A program made the translations under genes and the position numbers. A stretch of 64,000 nucleotides of DNA from Thermostichus sp. DRC_bins_24 (GTDB taxonomy: Bacteria > Cyanobacteriota > Cyanobacteriia > Thermostichales > Thermostichaceae), in contig JAUQVK010000044.1 of NCBI GenBank assembly GCA_039794845.1, forward strand, positions 1 to 64,000. The letters are read 5' to 3'. Numbering within the stretch: position 1 is the stretch's first letter; the number at the start of each line of letters is the position of its first letter. Positions 1 through 9,133 of this stretch are shown here, piece after piece. Under the pieces are notes generated by a model. The model had not been told where the DNA came from. It saw only the letters and a list, made by a program, of their open reading frames with translations, and made no database searches.

Positions 1-406
1 TGAAGTGGAAGTGGAGCGAGTGTTTTCGGAGCCGATCCCGACGTTGTTGCCGTTTGTGCCGATGATGAAAGGGGGCGAGCAAGAGGGGGTGATTCGGCAA
101 GCGGTGCGGCAGTTGCAGCGGGATCCGATGTTGAGTGAGTTGGAACCGTTGCTAGCGTTTTTTGCTAGGTTTGTGTTGTCCAGTGAGGTCATTGCTCAAA
201 TATTGAGGTGGGATATGGCGGTATTGAGAGAATCCCCCTGGTACGAGGAAATCAAACAAGAAGGGATCCAAATCGGCAAACAGGAAGGGATCCAAATCGG
301 CAAGCTGGAGACAGTGCCAATTTTGGTGGAGTTGGGGCTATCGGCAGAAGAGATTGCCCAGCGGCTTGACCTGCCCCTTGAGACAGTAAACCAAGTCTTG
401 GGTTAG
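1..406 (+). CDS. Rpn family recombination-promoting nuclease/putative transposase (YhgA-like), 3' part; 5' end outside window
   Basis: LLPFVPMMKGG...LAFFARFVL...LRWDMAVLRESPWYEEIKQEG followed by QEGIQIGK repeats and a short helical tail, typical of cyanobacterial Rpn C-termini. Confidence 0.8.
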   Translation, partial: EVEVERVFSEPIPTLLPFVPMMKGGEQEGVIRQAVRQLQRDPMLSELEPLLAFFARFVLSSEVIAQILRWDMAVLRESPWYEEIKQEGIQIGKQEGIQIGKLETVPILVELGLSAEEIAQRLDLPLETVNQVLG

Positions 407-419
407 CCACTGGTGGGAT

Positions 420-608
420 ATGGCGGTGCTGCGAGAGTCGCCTTGGTACGAGGAAATTAAACAAGAAGGGATCGAAATCGGTGAACAACGTGGGAAGCTT
501 GCAGCAGTTCCAATTTTGGTGGAGTTGGGGCTATCAGCAGAAGAGATTGCCCAGCGGTTGACCCTGACCATCGAACAGGTGGCTCAAGTGTTGGATCCTG
601 AGTCCTAA
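420..608 (+). CDS. Stand-alone Rpn C-terminal domain protein (62 aa), RpnS-like
   Basis: MAVLRESPWYEEIKQEGI...PILVELGLSAEEIAQRL aligns with the part of the upstream Rpn encoded at 215-406; GGTGGGAT precedes both ATGs. Confidence 0.7.
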   Translation: MAVLRESPWYEEIKQEGIEIGEQRGKLAAVPILVELGLSAEEIAQRLTLTIEQVAQVLDPES

Positions 609-618
609 GCTGGATCCC

Positions 619-727
619 CTATGGCTGCACCTCAAACGCGCCAATATCCACCGTGCCACCCACGATGGTCGGTGGTGAGGGGGTAATGCTTGACATTGAG
701 GGCCAGAGCAGTGTTGCCAGCATCGGC
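619..727 (-). pseudogene. Remnant C-terminus of a choice-of-anchor-Q-type surface protein
   Basis: Minus strand reads ADAGNTALALNVKHYPLTTDHRG, then after a frameshift GGTVDIGAFEVQP-stop, matching the DAG...TDQRG...DIGAFE motif. Confidence 0.6.
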
Positions 728-896
728 CTTTGCCGCTGTCAGTGACTTGCACTGCCGAGCGTAAGAGGGAAAGGGCGCATCCACTGGCAGGATAAACTCT
801 TGCCGAATGGAACAGGCGTTGATGGCGCACTTGCGGGAATCGAGCCAGTTTTCGTTCCCGCAGGGCAAAGTTCCAGACCTTTGTCATGTTTAGCAT
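728..896 (-). mobile_element. tnpB: IS200/IS605 tnpB 5' remnant (deleted, frameshifted)
   Basis: MLNMT-KVWNFALRERK / WLDSRKCAINACSIRQEFILPVDAPFPSYARQCKSLTAAK resembles the N-terminus of cyanobacterial TnpB; possible divergent tnpA traces at ~915-1040 are weak. Confidence 0.7.
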
Positions 897-1058
897 GACC
901 CCTATCATACCCTAAGAGGTCAGTTTATGTTTCTTAGAGGCACACCATTACTGCTCCCTCCGGTCACTCGCCGCTACACCACCAACCAAGCTTTTAGCTA
1001 TCTTGCTACGCAAGGTGCGGAGCACCATGGTTGGAGCACTGCGACGATTCTTGGTAGT

Positions 1059-4000
1059 CTAAGGCTTGTCAAGACCCAGTGACAGTTCTTCAAGAGCTTG
1101 ACCGACCCTGTGCATCACCGGATCCCATCCGGGCTGCTCCTGCTGCTGGCGAAACAGGCGCACAGAAGGGTAGTAGGGACTATCTTGCCGCTCTTGCAGC
1201 CACCGCCAGTCGGAGTTTTGGCACAAAAGGATCCAAGTGGGTTTGGCCAGCGCCCCGGCAAGATGAGCAACTGCGGTATCGACAGAAATCACCAGATCCA
1301 GCTGGGCGATCACGGCTGCAGTATCGGCAAAGTCTGTTATTAAGGGATCCCAATTTTTCAGTTGAATCGCTGAGGGCAAATCTGCCAGTTGTTTCACCTG
1401 TGGCCCTTTTTGTAGGCTATGAAACTGGATTCTAGGCACAGACAAGATGGGCAGCCATTGCTGAAGTTGGCTAGAGCGATTGTGGTCATTTCCCTGCGTG
1501 GGGCTACCCGCCCAGCAGATTCCCACATTTAGAGTAGAAGGTCGAGTAGAAGGCTGTTGTTCAATCCTGAGATGATGAGGGATCCCTGGCACCTGTAAAT
1601 AGGGCACCTGATTGGGAATGTGATCCAGGGAATGGATCCCCAGACAACGGGGCAAACTCATCAAGGGTGAATACACCTGAAAAGTGTTTAAGGGGATCTC
1701 CCCTGCCCCGTACATCTCACTTACCCCAGGGATCCGCTGAAACAACCTCTTAAGGGGATCCGGACAAACCAGGATTAGCTTTCGGCACCGCTGAGCCGCC
1801 AAGGGCAAAAACCGTACAAACTGAATGGAATCTCCGGATCCCTGCTCAGTATGTACCAACAAGGTTTGGCTGGAGATATCTTCCCCCTGCCAACGGGGAT
1901 GAGGACATTGAAAGGGGGTAAATTGATTGGTTTGCCATCGCCACTCAAATTCTTGCCACCCCCGCTTCAGGTCCCCCAGTTTTAGCAGAGCCATCCCTAA
2001 GTTCATGTGGGCATCGGCAAATTGGGGATCCAACTGGATAGCCTTTTCATACTGTCGAATAGCCTCAGTTAGCCGGTTTTGATTGGTATAGGTGAACCCC
2101 AGCGAGTTGTGGGTGCGCGGGTTGTCCGGATCCTCTTGAATAGAAAGGTTGAGGTGATATTCCGCTTCCTGCCAATGTTCCAAGTCACCGCAGGTTACCC
2201 CCAAGTTGTAGCGGGCCACCTTCATTTGCGGATCCAATTGTAAGCATCGCCGGAAATAATCGGCAGCTTTTTTTCGATTCCCCTGGGCATGGGCTTCATT
2301 GCCCAAAGCCAGCAGACGATCCGGATTAAACTCTTGCTCAAACTTTTGTTGGAGATAAAATTGTCTTTGGGCTATGATTTGATGGATTTGCTCAAGGTAC
2401 CTCTGTTGCTCTGGGGATATTTGTTCTTGAACAGTACCCGGATCTGCTTGGAACTTTTGCAGATGTCGATCCAAATGATTGCCAGGATAACGCACATATT
2501 CTACGGTGGGTTCAGGCACCCAGACAACGCTGAAGAAGGTGGTCAGCCACTGGGTATAGGCTTTGCCTTCGGTTTCATAGCCGGATTCCCGAAAAGGCTC
2601 ATCAACAGGAAAGCCCTCAATAAAGTCGTGGGCTTCCCGTCGAACACACAAGTTCAATGGCAAAACCTGTTTAAGCTGTTCATGCCAATAGGGATGGAGA
2701 GAATCTTGAATGCGGATCCCTGTTTTCACAGCTGCCGGATAAGACTTGGGCATGCGGTAAATGGGATTGGCCAGATTGGGATCCAAAGGGCGATTGATAA
2801 ACTTGAGACAGGTCAAAACATGATTTTCCAGAAACAGATCATCATCATCACAAAACAGAATCGCCTGGGCTTGGGTGGCTTTTACCCCTGTATTGCGGGC
2901 GGCCCCTTGCCCTTGGTTGGTTGTATGCCGAATCAACCGGATCCGACTCTTCCCCTCCGCCCATTGATTCAGCAAAGTCCAGGTATGGTCTTCTGAAGCA
3001 TCATCCACGATCACGATTTCATGATTGAGACGGTCGGCAAAAGGGTAGTTGTCATAACAATGTTGAATACTGGCTTCGATGCTGGCTAGGGTTCGCTCCA
3101 CAATGGGCCAGCCTTTTTTTTCGCCGTTAACTATCGGAATAACGACGGCAAAACTTGTAACTTCAGGTTCCGGCTCGGTTGTATCGCTGCTCACCCGAAA
3201 GACGGGCACCGGCTCATTGGCCACTTGTTTGAGGGCCTCATCCGGCAACACATAGGTGGATCCGAGCAGTTGTTCCTGCTGCGGATCGTTAAACCGGGGA
3301 TCCCCCAATACTTCCGGGAAGCGCATCCCGGGCAATACCTGCACCGAAAAAATCTCTTCAACCCCCTCTTCAAATCTTAAAAAGGCCAAGGTTTCCCCGG
3401 TTTCCATGTGCACCACCCATATGCCACAAATTCGTTCCGTTAGGCGTTGGGTCAAGGGGATCCCACTGAACACCGCAGATTCTCGCACCTTAGAAAGCCC
3501 CACAAAAGCCAGCGGCCCCCAGAAGTCCACTCCACGGGTGAATCCCGGCAGGGTGGCCACCGGCTGCCAAGTCCCCCTGTGCAAATCCACCTGGGCCAAA
3601 CTGCCCTGCCCAGACTCCAGCACCCAAAGGCGATCCTGATACCAACGCGGGGAATGGGGCATGGATAGCCCCCTCAAAAGAATCTCGTTGCTGATCACAT
3701 CCATCAAAATGCCGCCGTTGGCCTTATTGGCCCGCCACCCCCCAGGAGTATCGGTGGCCCCCAAAGCCGTGATGTAGCGAGGGATCCCCTCCACCAACGC
3801 CAGCCCATTCAAATGGCAGCGATCCCTCAGGTCATAAGCGGTAACAAAGGGCGGTCGCCAGCGAGGGACAAAGCTATGCTCGGCATCCACCGTGCACAAA
3901 CAAGAAAAGCGTGTATTCAGAAACCACAAGCCCTCCTGCCCGTAGGCCATCTCGTGAATGTCAATATCCCCGGTGATATGGGTTTGGCGGGGAAGAAAGC

Positions 4001-4289
4001 AAGCATCATGTTTCCCCGGTGGATCCAACTTTTGCGCCACAGCAGGGACATTGCGCAGCTCCCAAATTTGGTAAGCACAGCCCACCGCCAGCTTGTGCTC
4101 CGCCACAGCTAAGCCCATAGGCTTTTGATAAATGCGAAAGTGGGTATTGAGCTTGTCCCCATCCGCCCGTACCACGATCAACTTGCCCGCCTGATACGTG
4201 GACACCACCAGCGAGATCCCCAACTGATGGAGAATGGCCGGGAAATGGGTGGTATGAACGCTGCGCAGCGGATTAATCAGCGGATCCAT
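1059..4289 (-). CDS. TIGR03032 (DUF4915) domain fused to GT2 glycosyltransferase, TPRs and a GT-B (GT9-like) domain, 1076 aa
   Basis: STYQAGKL, TGDIDIHE, DRCHLNGLA, GLSMPHSPRW (TIGR03032); IVDDASED and FCDDDD (GT2); TPR helices; EQGSGDSIQFVRF and LDLVISVDTAVAHLAGAL (GT-B). Confidence 0.85.
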   Translation of the reverse strand: MDPLINPLRSVHTTHFPAILHQLGISLVVSTYQAGKLIVVRADGDKLNTHFRIYQKPMGLAVAEHKLAVGCAYQIWELRNVPAVAQKLDPPGKHDACFLPRQTHITGDIDIHEMAYGQEGLWFLNTRFSCLCTVDAEHSFVPRWRPPFVTAYDLRDRCHLNGLALVEGIPRYITALGATDTPGGWRANKANGGILMDVISNEILLRGLSMPHSPRWYQDRLWVLESGQGSLAQVDLHRGTWQPVATLPGFTRGVDFWGPLAFVGLSKVRESAVFSGIPLTQRLTERICGIWVVHMETGETLAFLRFEEGVEEIFSVQVLPGMRFPEVLGDPRFNDPQQEQLLGSTYVLPDEALKQVANEPVPVFRVSSDTTEPEPEVTSFAVVIPIVNGEKKGWPIVERTLASIEASIQHCYDNYPFADRLNHEIVIVDDASEDHTWTLLNQWAEGKSRIRLIRHTTNQGQGAARNTGVKATQAQAILFCDDDDLFLENHVLTCLKFINRPLDPNLANPIYRMPKSYPAAVKTGIRIQDSLHPYWHEQLKQVLPLNLCVRREAHDFIEGFPVDEPFRESGYETEGKAYTQWLTTFFSVVWVPEPTVEYVRYPGNHLDRHLQKFQADPGTVQEQISPEQQRYLEQIHQIIAQRQFYLQQKFEQEFNPDRLLALGNEAHAQGNRKKAADYFRRCLQLDPQMKVARYNLGVTCGDLEHWQEAEYHLNLSIQEDPDNPRTHNSLGFTYTNQNRLTEAIRQYEKAIQLDPQFADAHMNLGMALLKLGDLKRGWQEFEWRWQTNQFTPFQCPHPRWQGEDISSQTLLVHTEQGSGDSIQFVRFLPLAAQRCRKLILVCPDPLKRLFQRIPGVSEMYGAGEIPLNTFQVYSPLMSLPRCLGIHSLDHIPNQVPYLQVPGIPHHLRIEQQPSTRPSTLNVGICWAGSPTQGNDHNRSSQLQQWLPILSVPRIQFHSLQKGPQVKQLADLPSAIQLKNWDPLITDFADTAAVIAQLDLVISVDTAVAHLAGALAKPTWILLCQNSDWRWLQERQDSPYYPSVRLFRQQQEQPGWDPVMHRVGQALEELSLGLDKP

Positions 4290-4473
4290 AGCAAAGGCAG
4301 AGGGTTGGGAGCGCGTTTACTCTACTACACTGGACTTCTTCCAGCGAGATCCCCAACTGATGGAGAATGGCCGGGAAATGGGTGGTATGAACGCTGCGCA
4401 GCGGATTAATCAGCGGATCCATAGCAAAGGCAGAGGGTTGGGAGCGCGTTTACTCTACTACACTGGACTTCTT
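4208..4473. repeat. Perfect 133-bp tandem duplication (4208-4340 / 4341-4473)
   Basis: ccagcgagatcccc...ctggacttctt occurs twice back to back, covering the upstream region and first ~27 codons of the TIGR03032 gene. Confidence 0.95.
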
Positions 4474-4525
4474 CACCCTCCAGCAACCCCAGATACAATC
4501 AGAAAGGCTTTATCCTCCATCTTGG

Positions 4526-5005
4526 ATGCAGATCGATATTCGCCCCGTTGAAAATTCCGATAGTGCTGCTTTGCTCCACATCCTAGAGGTGGTCTTTAGC
4601 GAGTATCCGGGCTGTGTATTGGCTATTGAAGAGGTGCCGGAGCTGCTGCAACCGGCCACGGCTTTTGCGCAAATGGGGGGGTGCCTTTGGGTGGCGCAGC
4701 AGCAGGAGCAGGTTGTCGGTTGTGTCGGCCTTGTTCCGGATGGGATCCCTGGGCGCATGGAGTTGAAAAAGCTTTATACTCTGCCGGCGGTGCGGGGTCA
4801 GGGTTTGGGGCGGCGCCTAATTGAGCAGGTGGAATCTGCAGCCCGACAACGCCAAGCCCATTCTCTGCACCTGTGGACGGATACACGCTTTACCACGGCC
4901 CATCGCGTTTACGAGCGCTTGGGCTACCTGCGGTTGCCAGAAACCCGTGAATTGCATGATCGCAGCCACTCGGTGGAGTATCACTACGAAAAGCGCCTCC
5001 GTTGA
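4526..5005 (+). CDS. GNAT family N-acetyltransferase
   Basis: ELKKLYTLPAVRGQGLGRRL acetyl-CoA motif; AHRVYERLGY. Confidence 0.9.
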   Translation: MQIDIRPVENSDSAALLHILEVVFSEYPGCVLAIEEVPELLQPATAFAQMGGCLWVAQQQEQVVGCVGLVPDGIPGRMELKKLYTLPAVRGQGLGRRLIEQVESAARQRQAHSLHLWTDTRFTTAHRVYERLGYLRLPETRELHDRSHSVEYHYEKRLR

Positions 5006-5015
5006 GGATTTGGCC

Positions 5016-6149
5016 TTGAACTGTGATGTGTTGGTGATTGGTTGTGGGGTGGTGGGCTGTGCCATCGCCTACGAATTGGCGGCGGCGGGGTTATCGGTGA
5101 TTGGGGTGGATGCCGGGGATCCCGCAGCGGGAGCAACTGGAGCAGCCCTGGGGGTGTTGGTGGGTGTTTCCAGCCAGCAGGTGGGTGGGGAGGTGGTGGC
5201 GTTGCGCCTCAAAAGCCTGGAGCGGTTTGATCCTCTGATTGCCCGCTTGGAAGAAGACCTGGGCCGGGGCTTGCCCGTGAATCGGCGTGGCATTCTCAGG
5301 CTCCTCAAGACAGGCGAGGCAGAAGCTTGGCAGGAAACCTTGGTGGCTCGTCAACAGGCGGGTTACCCACTACAGCTTCTCAGCCCCGACGAAGTGGGAT
5401 CCCTGCAACCGGGTTTACGCACCGACTTGGCGGGAGCCCTTTATTCCCCCCAGGATCGCCAAATTGAGCCGAAGCTCTTCACCCAAGCTTTGCTAGAGGC
5501 TGCCCAACGCCGGGGATCTCAGTTTTTCTTTCATCAGCCCGTGCAAAGGGTGAAACGCAGCCCGGATCCCCCTTTTCGTCTGCAAGCGGTGTATACCCCA
5601 GACCTCACCCTCTCTGCGGGGCAGGTGATTCTTGCGGCGGGCTTAGGTAGCTCACTTTTGGCCGACCGGCTGGAGTTGCCCTTGCCTCTGCAGGCGGTGA
5701 AAGGGCAAGCCCTGAAAATTCAAGCCCGCTCACTCCGACTGGGGCCTGTAATCACCGATGAAGATCTGCACTTGGTGCCTTTGGCGGATGGATCCCTGTG
5801 GGTGGGAGCAACAGTGGAGTTTCATGCTCCCCATCCCAAACCAACGCTGCAGGCTTTACAGGATTTGCTCACTCGGGCCATCACCCTCTGCCCTGCGTTG
5901 GCCGATGCCACCCTGGTAGACCAATGGGCGGGCTACCGCCCCCGACCGACAAGACAACGAGCCCCCATTCTTGGTTTTGCCCCTCTCTACACCAACCTCC
6001 TCATGGCCACCGGCCATTACCGCAATGGAGTGTTGCTGGCTCCAATTACCGCCGCCATTATGCGAGATTTGCTGCTGCGGGGGGAAACGGAGTTGTGTGA
6101 TTTGAAGCAGTTTGCTCCCAAGGAAAAGGAAGCATCAAAACACCCTTGA
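5016..6149 (+). CDS. FAD-dependent oxidoreductase (glycine oxidase/DAO family)
   Basis: VIGCGVVG Rossmann motif, WAGYRPRP, ATGHYRNGVLLAP; TTG start at 5016 inferred from GAGGA SD. Confidence 0.85.
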   Translation: MNCDVLVIGCGVVGCAIAYELAAAGLSVIGVDAGDPAAGATGAALGVLVGVSSQQVGGEVVALRLKSLERFDPLIARLEEDLGRGLPVNRRGILRLLKTGEAEAWQETLVARQQAGYPLQLLSPDEVGSLQPGLRTDLAGALYSPQDRQIEPKLFTQALLEAAQRRGSQFFFHQPVQRVKRSPDPPFRLQAVYTPDLTLSAGQVILAAGLGSSLLADRLELPLPLQAVKGQALKIQARSLRLGPVITDEDLHLVPLADGSLWVGATVEFHAPHPKPTLQALQDLLTRAITLCPALADATLVDQWAGYRPRPTRQRAPILGFAPLYTNLLMATGHYRNGVLLAPITAAIMRDLLLRGETELCDLKQFAPKEKEASKHP

Positions 6150-6212
6150 GCCGACAGCAATCCGTGGGATCCCTTCCCGATTCTTTGGCCCCAATCCTGT
6201 TTCTGAGTTCGG

Positions 6213-7133
6213 TTATATCGAGCTCAGAAAGTCCTGAATGAAGGGCAAAACTTGTTCAGAATGAAAGGCGGGGATGGCATGACCAGCTCCGGGCAGGATC
6301 TTAAGCTTTGCCCCAGGGATCCGCTCCGCATAGGTTTGGCAGTGCCAGAGGGGAATGGTGTCATCCTGTTCGGCAGCGATCACCAGCGTGGGAGCCTGAA
6401 TGGGGTGGATGTGATTTTCAACGGTATCGACCGCATCCTCCGGGCGCAGACGCTGCAACAGAAATTGGCGGGCCACCGGCTGTTGGCGCAGGGATCCCCG
6501 TAACCACAGGATTTGGGCCAGTCTATCCTCCTGATGCCACCACCGGGCCAGAGGGGTAACCCCGTGCAGCAGGCGATCGACCCAGCGGCTTTCCCACAAC
6601 AGGGGGCGCAGGTGATCGTAGCGGCCCACAAAGCTATCGTCGCGGATCCCGGCAGGAGCCAACAAAACCAACCCCCGCAGCGGAAACTTGACCCCATAGG
6701 CCGCCCCCACCCACCCCCCAAAGGAATGGCCCACCAGCACCGGAGAGGATAGGCCCAGCTTTTCCACAAAACCCCGCACAAACGCCACTTCGGCGGCAAT
6801 GTCGTAGCGCAAAGAGGGCTGGCTAGACTGGCCAAACCCCAACAGATCCAGCGCAATACAGCGGTAATGGGATCCCAACCCTTGCATCAATGGCCACCAG
6901 TTGGCGTGCGTGGCCATAAAGCCGTGCAGAAACAGCACTGGGATCCCTTCCCCCTCACCAACCAGGTTCTGGCCCGCCCACTCTCGGTAGGCCACCCAAC
7001 AGGACTCTGCCCCGGCAATCTCCAACCCTGTCAATTTCACCCTTTGCAGTGGGATCCCTTGGATGTGGTTTCGTAATTCGGCCAAGCGCCGCGCCAAAGG
7101 CACCCGATCCAGCAGCTCTTGTTCCGTCATCAC
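6213..7133 (-). CDS. Alpha/beta fold hydrolase
   Basis: LFLHGF, ALDLLGFG, GHSFGG nucleophile elbow, GAGH. Confidence 0.9.
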   Translation of the reverse strand: MMTEQELLDRVPLARRLAELRNHIQGIPLQRVKLTGLEIAGAESCWVAYREWAGQNLVGEGEGIPVLFLHGFMATHANWWPLMQGLGSHYRCIALDLLGFGQSSQPSLRYDIAAEVAFVRGFVEKLGLSSPVLVGHSFGGWVGAAYGVKFPLRGLVLLAPAGIRDDSFVGRYDHLRPLLWESRWVDRLLHGVTPLARWWHQEDRLAQILWLRGSLRQQPVARQFLLQRLRPEDAVDTVENHIHPIQAPTLVIAAEQDDTIPLWHCQTYAERIPGAKLKILPGAGHAIPAFHSEQVLPFIQDFLSSI

Positions 7134-7164
7134 TTTGTTAGATCAATTGTTAGATCAATTGCAG

Positions 7165-8163
7165 TTAGATCAATTGCAAATGGGGAGGGGGCATTTTCAG
7201 CCAGTCTTGACGCGCCAGTAGCCCCTGCCGAAACCAAGTGGCCGCCTGAGATTGATAACGCTCCGGGTTAAAAGCCAGCCACAGGGTTCGTCGCACCTGC
7301 AACCCCTCCACCACGTGTTTTTGCAGCCGCCCCTGCTCCAGCTCGGATCCCACCGCCACCACCGACAAAAAGGCTACTCCCAGCCCCGCCTGTACGGCAT
7401 TTTTGATCGCCTCCACAGAGCTAAGTTCCAGTTGCACATCCAGCTCGGCTGGGTTGATACCGTGACGATTCAGGACACGGTCGATGGTTTGGCGCGTGGA
7501 AGACTGGGGATCCAACGTGATGAAGGGCAACCTCAACAAATCCTGAAGGGAAGCCGAGAGGTTCGTATCCTCCTGGGTGGATGTTGCGGATGTTGTAGCC
7601 GCACCTTGGTGCAGGGCAAAGCCAGGGGCACTGACCAACACATATTCATCTTCTGCCAAGGCCATCACTTTCAGGCTTTTTTGCAAATCAAACGGAATCT
7701 CCCCCCCGACAATAGCGACATCCAATTGCCCTTCCACCAGCTTCTGGGCGATGCGCCGTGTGGATTGCACCAGCAACTGCACCGAGATCTGAGGGTAGCT
7801 GCGGCGATACTGGGCGATCAGCGAGGGCATGACATAGGTGCCCACCGTTTGGCTGGCCCCCAAGACCAAGTGCCCCCGCCGCATATCCTGCAAATCTGCC
7901 AGGGCTTGGGTGGTCTCGCGGCACAACTTGAGAATGCGCTCACTGTACTGCACCAAGATTTGCCCGGCATCCGTCAACTGCACCTTGCGTCCGCCTCGGT
8001 CGAACAACACCACCCCCAACTGTCGTTCCAGGTTTTGGATCTGAAGACTGACCGCAGGTTGAGAGACAAACAAACTGTCAGCAGCACGCCGAAAACTCCC
8101 CTGCTGGGCAATCGCCCGCACGATCAACAGCTGATCCAGCGTAAAAGGCAAATCATCCGCCAT
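7165..8163 (-). CDS. rbcR: LysR family regulator, RbcR/Ycf30 type
   Basis: MADDLPFTLDQL...GSFRRAADSLFVSQPAVSLQIQNLE, SQTVGTY, EAIKNAVQAGLG. Confidence 0.8.
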   Translation of the reverse strand: MADDLPFTLDQLLIVRAIAQQGSFRRAADSLFVSQPAVSLQIQNLERQLGVVLFDRGGRKVQLTDAGQILVQYSERILKLCRETTQALADLQDMRRGHLVLGASQTVGTYVMPSLIAQYRRSYPQISVQLLVQSTRRIAQKLVEGQLDVAIVGGEIPFDLQKSLKVMALAEDEYVLVSAPGFALHQGAATTSATSTQEDTNLSASLQDLLRLPFITLDPQSSTRQTIDRVLNRHGINPAELDVQLELSSVEAIKNAVQAGLGVAFLSVVAVGSELEQGRLQKHVVEGLQVRRTLWLAFNPERYQSQAATWFRQGLLARQDWLKMPPPHLQLI

Positions 8164-8344
8164 AGGGAACTCCAAACAACGCAGCAGGATCCCTTGCAAC
8201 TCCCCGAGCGGCAAGACAGTCTATGATTCGTAGCTTAATCCCTCTGGCCTTGGCAATGGGTTTCGGCAATCCAGCTCAGGCCAGTCCTGATGTCCAAACC
8301 TTATGGATAAACAGGATGGATAAACAGGGGCCCCTGAGAAAGCC

Positions 8345-8869
8345 CTAGCGGGGGCCATAGGTTGTCCAGTAGCCTCGCCCCTGTCTTTCCCCGGCAGCAG
8401 CAGCTTCGGTGAGAACGGTGCCGTACTTTAAGCCGTCGGTTTGGGGTGACAACAGGCCATGCCCGAGAAACAGCATTTCTTGGTTGATCAGGGTATTGGC
8501 TTGCCAAACGTAAGCAGGCAGCGTTGGAGCGGGGGCTAGGGCGGCATCCAACTCCAAGAATACCTCACGCCTCAGCAGCGCATCCTGCAGATATTGGCCG
8601 GCGTTGTAAACCGCCAAAGGGGTTTGTTCCCGCAGTTCCGTCCAATTGGGGTTAATTCGGGGGGGCAAGGGGTCGATCCCGATCAGTTGCACCAAGCGCA
8701 GATCCAGCTCCCCCTCAATCTGCACCACTAGGGTGTTGTAGTTAAGCACCCGGAGCACTTCCGCCCGCTTGAGGGTGCGCAGATCAGGACGAGCTACCAA
8801 CGTAAGCGCCCAACTGGGCAAGGCCAAGAGCAACACAGGTAAAGCCAGCAAGCTCCCGATTCGGATCAT
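8345..8869 (-). CDS. Thermonuclease (SNase-like) family protein with signal peptide
   Basis: AEVLRVL...VQLIGID...AYVW...INQEMLFLGHG...ERQGRGYW; several catalytic residues look degenerate; start uncertain. Confidence 0.7.
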   Translation of the reverse strand: MIRIGSLLALPVLLLALPSWALTLVARPDLRTLKRAEVLRVLNYNTLVVQIEGELDLRLVQLIGIDPLPPRINPNWTELREQTPLAVYNAGQYLQDALLRREVFLELDAALAPAPTLPAYVWQANTLINQEMLFLGHGLLSPQTDGLKYGTVLTEAAAAGERQGRGYWTTYGPR

Positions 8870-9133
8870 GGGTTTGCGGCGGGGGGAAGCGGCGGCATGG
8901 CTGGCACGTAAGAATTTCTGCATCATGGACTTCACCCGTTGCATGGCAGATTTGGCAGTAGTGGTGGTTGGCATCTGGGTCTCTTTCACCTCACACATGC
9001 AGAAGCCGACCGAGGTTCTCGGCTTCGCTCATCTGGCTCACCTGCAGCCACTGTACAAAAAACCTGGGCGGATGGGTCAGCTCGAGCGGATCCCGGGCTG
9101 AATTCTCCAGGGATCCCGTCCAAGAATGCCCTT

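Noticed and set aside
215..608. Diversity-generating retroelement TR/VR pair in the two Rpn C-terminal copies
   Set aside because: Differences are not adenine-restricted, are mostly synonymous, and there is no reverse transcriptase in the window.
7252..8226. Long antisense ORFs (also 2289-2996, 30603-31454, 32453-33379, 58310-59281)
   Set aside because: Shadow frames of well-supported genes in GC-rich DNA, with no recognisable motifs.
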